Below, piece by piece: positions 61,501 through 64,000 of a stretch of DNA of 64,000 nt. Position 1 is the stretch's first letter. The number at the start of each line of letters is the position of its first letter. Below the pieces are notes generated by a model, which saw only the letters and a program-made list of their open reading frames with translations, was not told the DNA's origin and did no database searches. The stretch spans positions 124,001-188,000 of the forward strand of contig RBZT01000499.1 in NCBI GenBank assembly GCA_003693705.1, given 5' to 3'. Made by a program: the position numbers and the translations under genes. The stretch comes from Polymyxa betae A26-41. Lineage: Eukaryota > Protista > Endomyxa: Phytomyxea.

Positions 61501-63954
61501 TCATGTACTATTACTAGTGTTTGTACTCCAAACGTGTTGGGTAGTTATCGCCCTTTCTTCTAGGACTGTATTAATGGCTTCAGCGCTCAACGATTGCATT
61601 TGAATGTCGTTGCATTGCCTAGCTTCAAACAAATTGCTGATATGTTCCAGACAAATCGACATGGTTGTCAGAACGTACCCTTGAAAACATTATATGTTTG
61701 ATGCACAAACCCTTTTTCTCACATACCTATATGTCCTCTTGATTCTGCCGGGGAGATAAGCGCAGACATAAACGAGAGATAACTGTGAAGCCTCTCTACG
61801 CCAGATTGAATTACAATGAAAACCAGTATTGGAATGTATTCATCAGCAGTGAGTTCAACGACACCACAATTATCCTGTTTCTACTGTTTCAAAAAAGCGT
61901 AACCAGTAAGCACATCTTGAGATCATACCCCGGCATCTTGGATAGTTTTGTAGATCGTCTTGCTAAGATTTTCACTTAGCAATTCAAACATTGCAAATGG
62001 CGATCTGAGCAAAGGTAATGTCCGCAAAAGCGAAAAAGAACTCTTGAAAAAGTTTACAGGATCTTCAATCTGAACAGTTCAGCGTTTTGATCAGTGTGAC
62101 ACCTCAACCACTAACCTTGATACTGCTCCCAAGCTGGACCAAAGTCATATTCTTTAGCTTCTCATATGAATCAGAGAGCTTTAGGTCGTCATCGGTAAGC
62201 TGAAGACACGTTTCATCGTTAGAACTCAATGTTTATCATTTTGTGCATGCTTGACATACCTTTGAATTGAATTGCCCCATTAAAGAGTCGAAAATGTTGC
62301 CAGAGAACACTGCAAAACTGATCCATAAAGTCACTAAATGCTGATGCCTCTCATTTAACTGGATCTCGTTGGCGAGAAAGTCATCAAAAATGCATCCAGC
62401 AAAATCGTCTTCAGACAAGTACATTAGTCAATGACCTTCATCTCAAATGCTCTCTTACCTATAAACATCCTTATTTGGCGGCAAAAAGACACAGGATCCT
62501 CTGCTGTCAAGTCAGGCTGACTCCCAGTAAAAGCGGATATCGATTGGGCATAAGGGTGCGTCGAATTTGAAGCTAGAGAATTGTTGAAGAAGTTTTGCAT
62601 ATGCAATTCTCTTTCAACTCCATCGCTCTTGGCAACTTTATCCAGGAAGAAAACATCTCTAAACGCAATGGTCAATTCCTGTTACTTAAGGTTCATTAAT
62701 TCGGTTGTACCTCTGAAGCACTTCATTGGAAATCCGACGCAAGACAAACACAGCTTCAGAATTACCGGCAACAATGACTTCCGACGTGGCTAAAAGAATA
62801 GATATATTTACAAGATCAATGCGTCCAATGGGGTGCGAGATGTCGTCAATGGTAAAGACACCGATATGATCGCGAAATGATACAAACAGTAAACTGTCTT
62901 GAACACAAAGCGCTATCGGTGTTCTACACGACCCGTATTGAAGGATTCTCATCAGTACATAACAAAAAATATATATACCTATATTCACCCCAGTTTACTC
63001 TTGAATGGATGTTAATTCCTGAACATTGGAATAAAAATTGAGCAACGAAATAGGAATGCACCCATACCGTCAGGTCGAAAAGAAAAAGATAATGCGTTAG
63101 TACTACTGGATAATATGGTATGTGCCGAGTTGACGCTCACATTGAATGCAGGACCGGATTCAAACAGCCTAAATAAACTGTCAACAGAAAGCTTCGATAA
63201 ACTGTTATCTGAAAGACTACAAGCCCACCAGAGAGAGTTAACATGACCCGAATCCACATCGACCAGAGTGAACTCCCTGTCGAATCCGACGCAAAGTTTT
63301 CCACAGATCCAAGAGAGTGACACTGGAGCACCAGGAACAAAGAGCGCTTTTTTCTCAACAGAAAGTCAGCATTGACTTTTGAACTTCCTGCTGACACTAA
63401 CTGAGGACCGAAAGGTTTTGGAAGCGTTATCAAATTCGCAAAACGTCAGCTGCTTTCTGGTGGCCGTGATGATTTCGACTGACCCAAAAACCGGCCGGGT
63501 AATAAATCTGACGGCGTTGCTGACAAGGACCCCGTTCTCCTGGACAGGAACGACACCGATATGGCCGAACGATGCCAGCGAGAATACATGAATGACTCCC
63601 TCTAGAGAATTGTGAGCCAAGTTAGGGAGCGGCCATGATGACTATACCACTCAGTGCCAAAATGACATGGACTGACTCGAGTACAGTCAATTGTGTTACA
63701 GGGCCCTGCCTCCTTCCAATTGCGCTGAGACATCCTCCAGATTTCAACAAACCATATTCAATCTGTATGAACGAGTTCTTTAGCCACGGGTGAGAAGCCT
63801 GGGGAATGCAGACCTTGTGGCACATAATCTGACCTGATCGAGTCCCGAGCAGGACAAGACCGCTGGTCGCCGCCGTTGATGTCACTTGGGTCTGCTTCGG
63901 TAGGACCTGACGGCTGGTCGCCATCCAGGCTCTGTGATCCTGATCTGGCGTCAT
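61501..63954 (-). CDS. CNH-domain protein, Vps39/TGFBRAP1-like, spliced
   Basis: CNH-like beta-propeller segments (LLGTRSG.I, VTQLTVLE...ILALS, SLSWICGKLCVGFDREFTLVDV) followed by a helical region. Confidence 0.6.
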
Positions 63955-64000
63955 GGCCAGAAATGGTCTCGCGGCCAAACTAATGGTGCAGGGTTCAGGT

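Overview
This is gene-dense eukaryotic nuclear DNA of moderate GC content, with about 35 protein-coding genes. Most genes are split by short GT-AG introns of about 40-60 nt, and intergenic gaps are often under 200 bp. Gene content includes ciliary/centriolar genes (ARL6, IFT54, C2CD3), chitin-modifying enzymes (CE4, GH20), a plastid-type phosphate translocator and TTT(T)AGGG telomere-like repeats. This fits a flagellated, chitin-walled protist such as a plasmodiophorid (Phytomyxea), which is an inference and not a database result. Most genes are housekeeping (VIP1, NAF1, TAF7, TRM5, RPN8, TFIIS, PRP6, SAC3, ING, RBBP4). I saw no rRNA, tRNA, CRISPR or transposon. The most notable discovery is a pair of 57-aa microprotein genes, 39 kb apart, that fall below the ORF-track cutoff (17296-17469 + and 56653-56826 -). 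They are 65% identical without gaps, carry a PP1-docking RVxF motif and a basic tail, and share collinear upstream DNA motifs. Other points of interest are a decaying PTGR paralogue, a nuclease-less bacterial-type AAA-ATPase, a lactone oxidase with mixed signatures, a divergent 14-3-3, an IFT54 with two CH domains, and a SAC3 with CCCH fingers. Boundaries of spliced genes were read by eye and are approximate.
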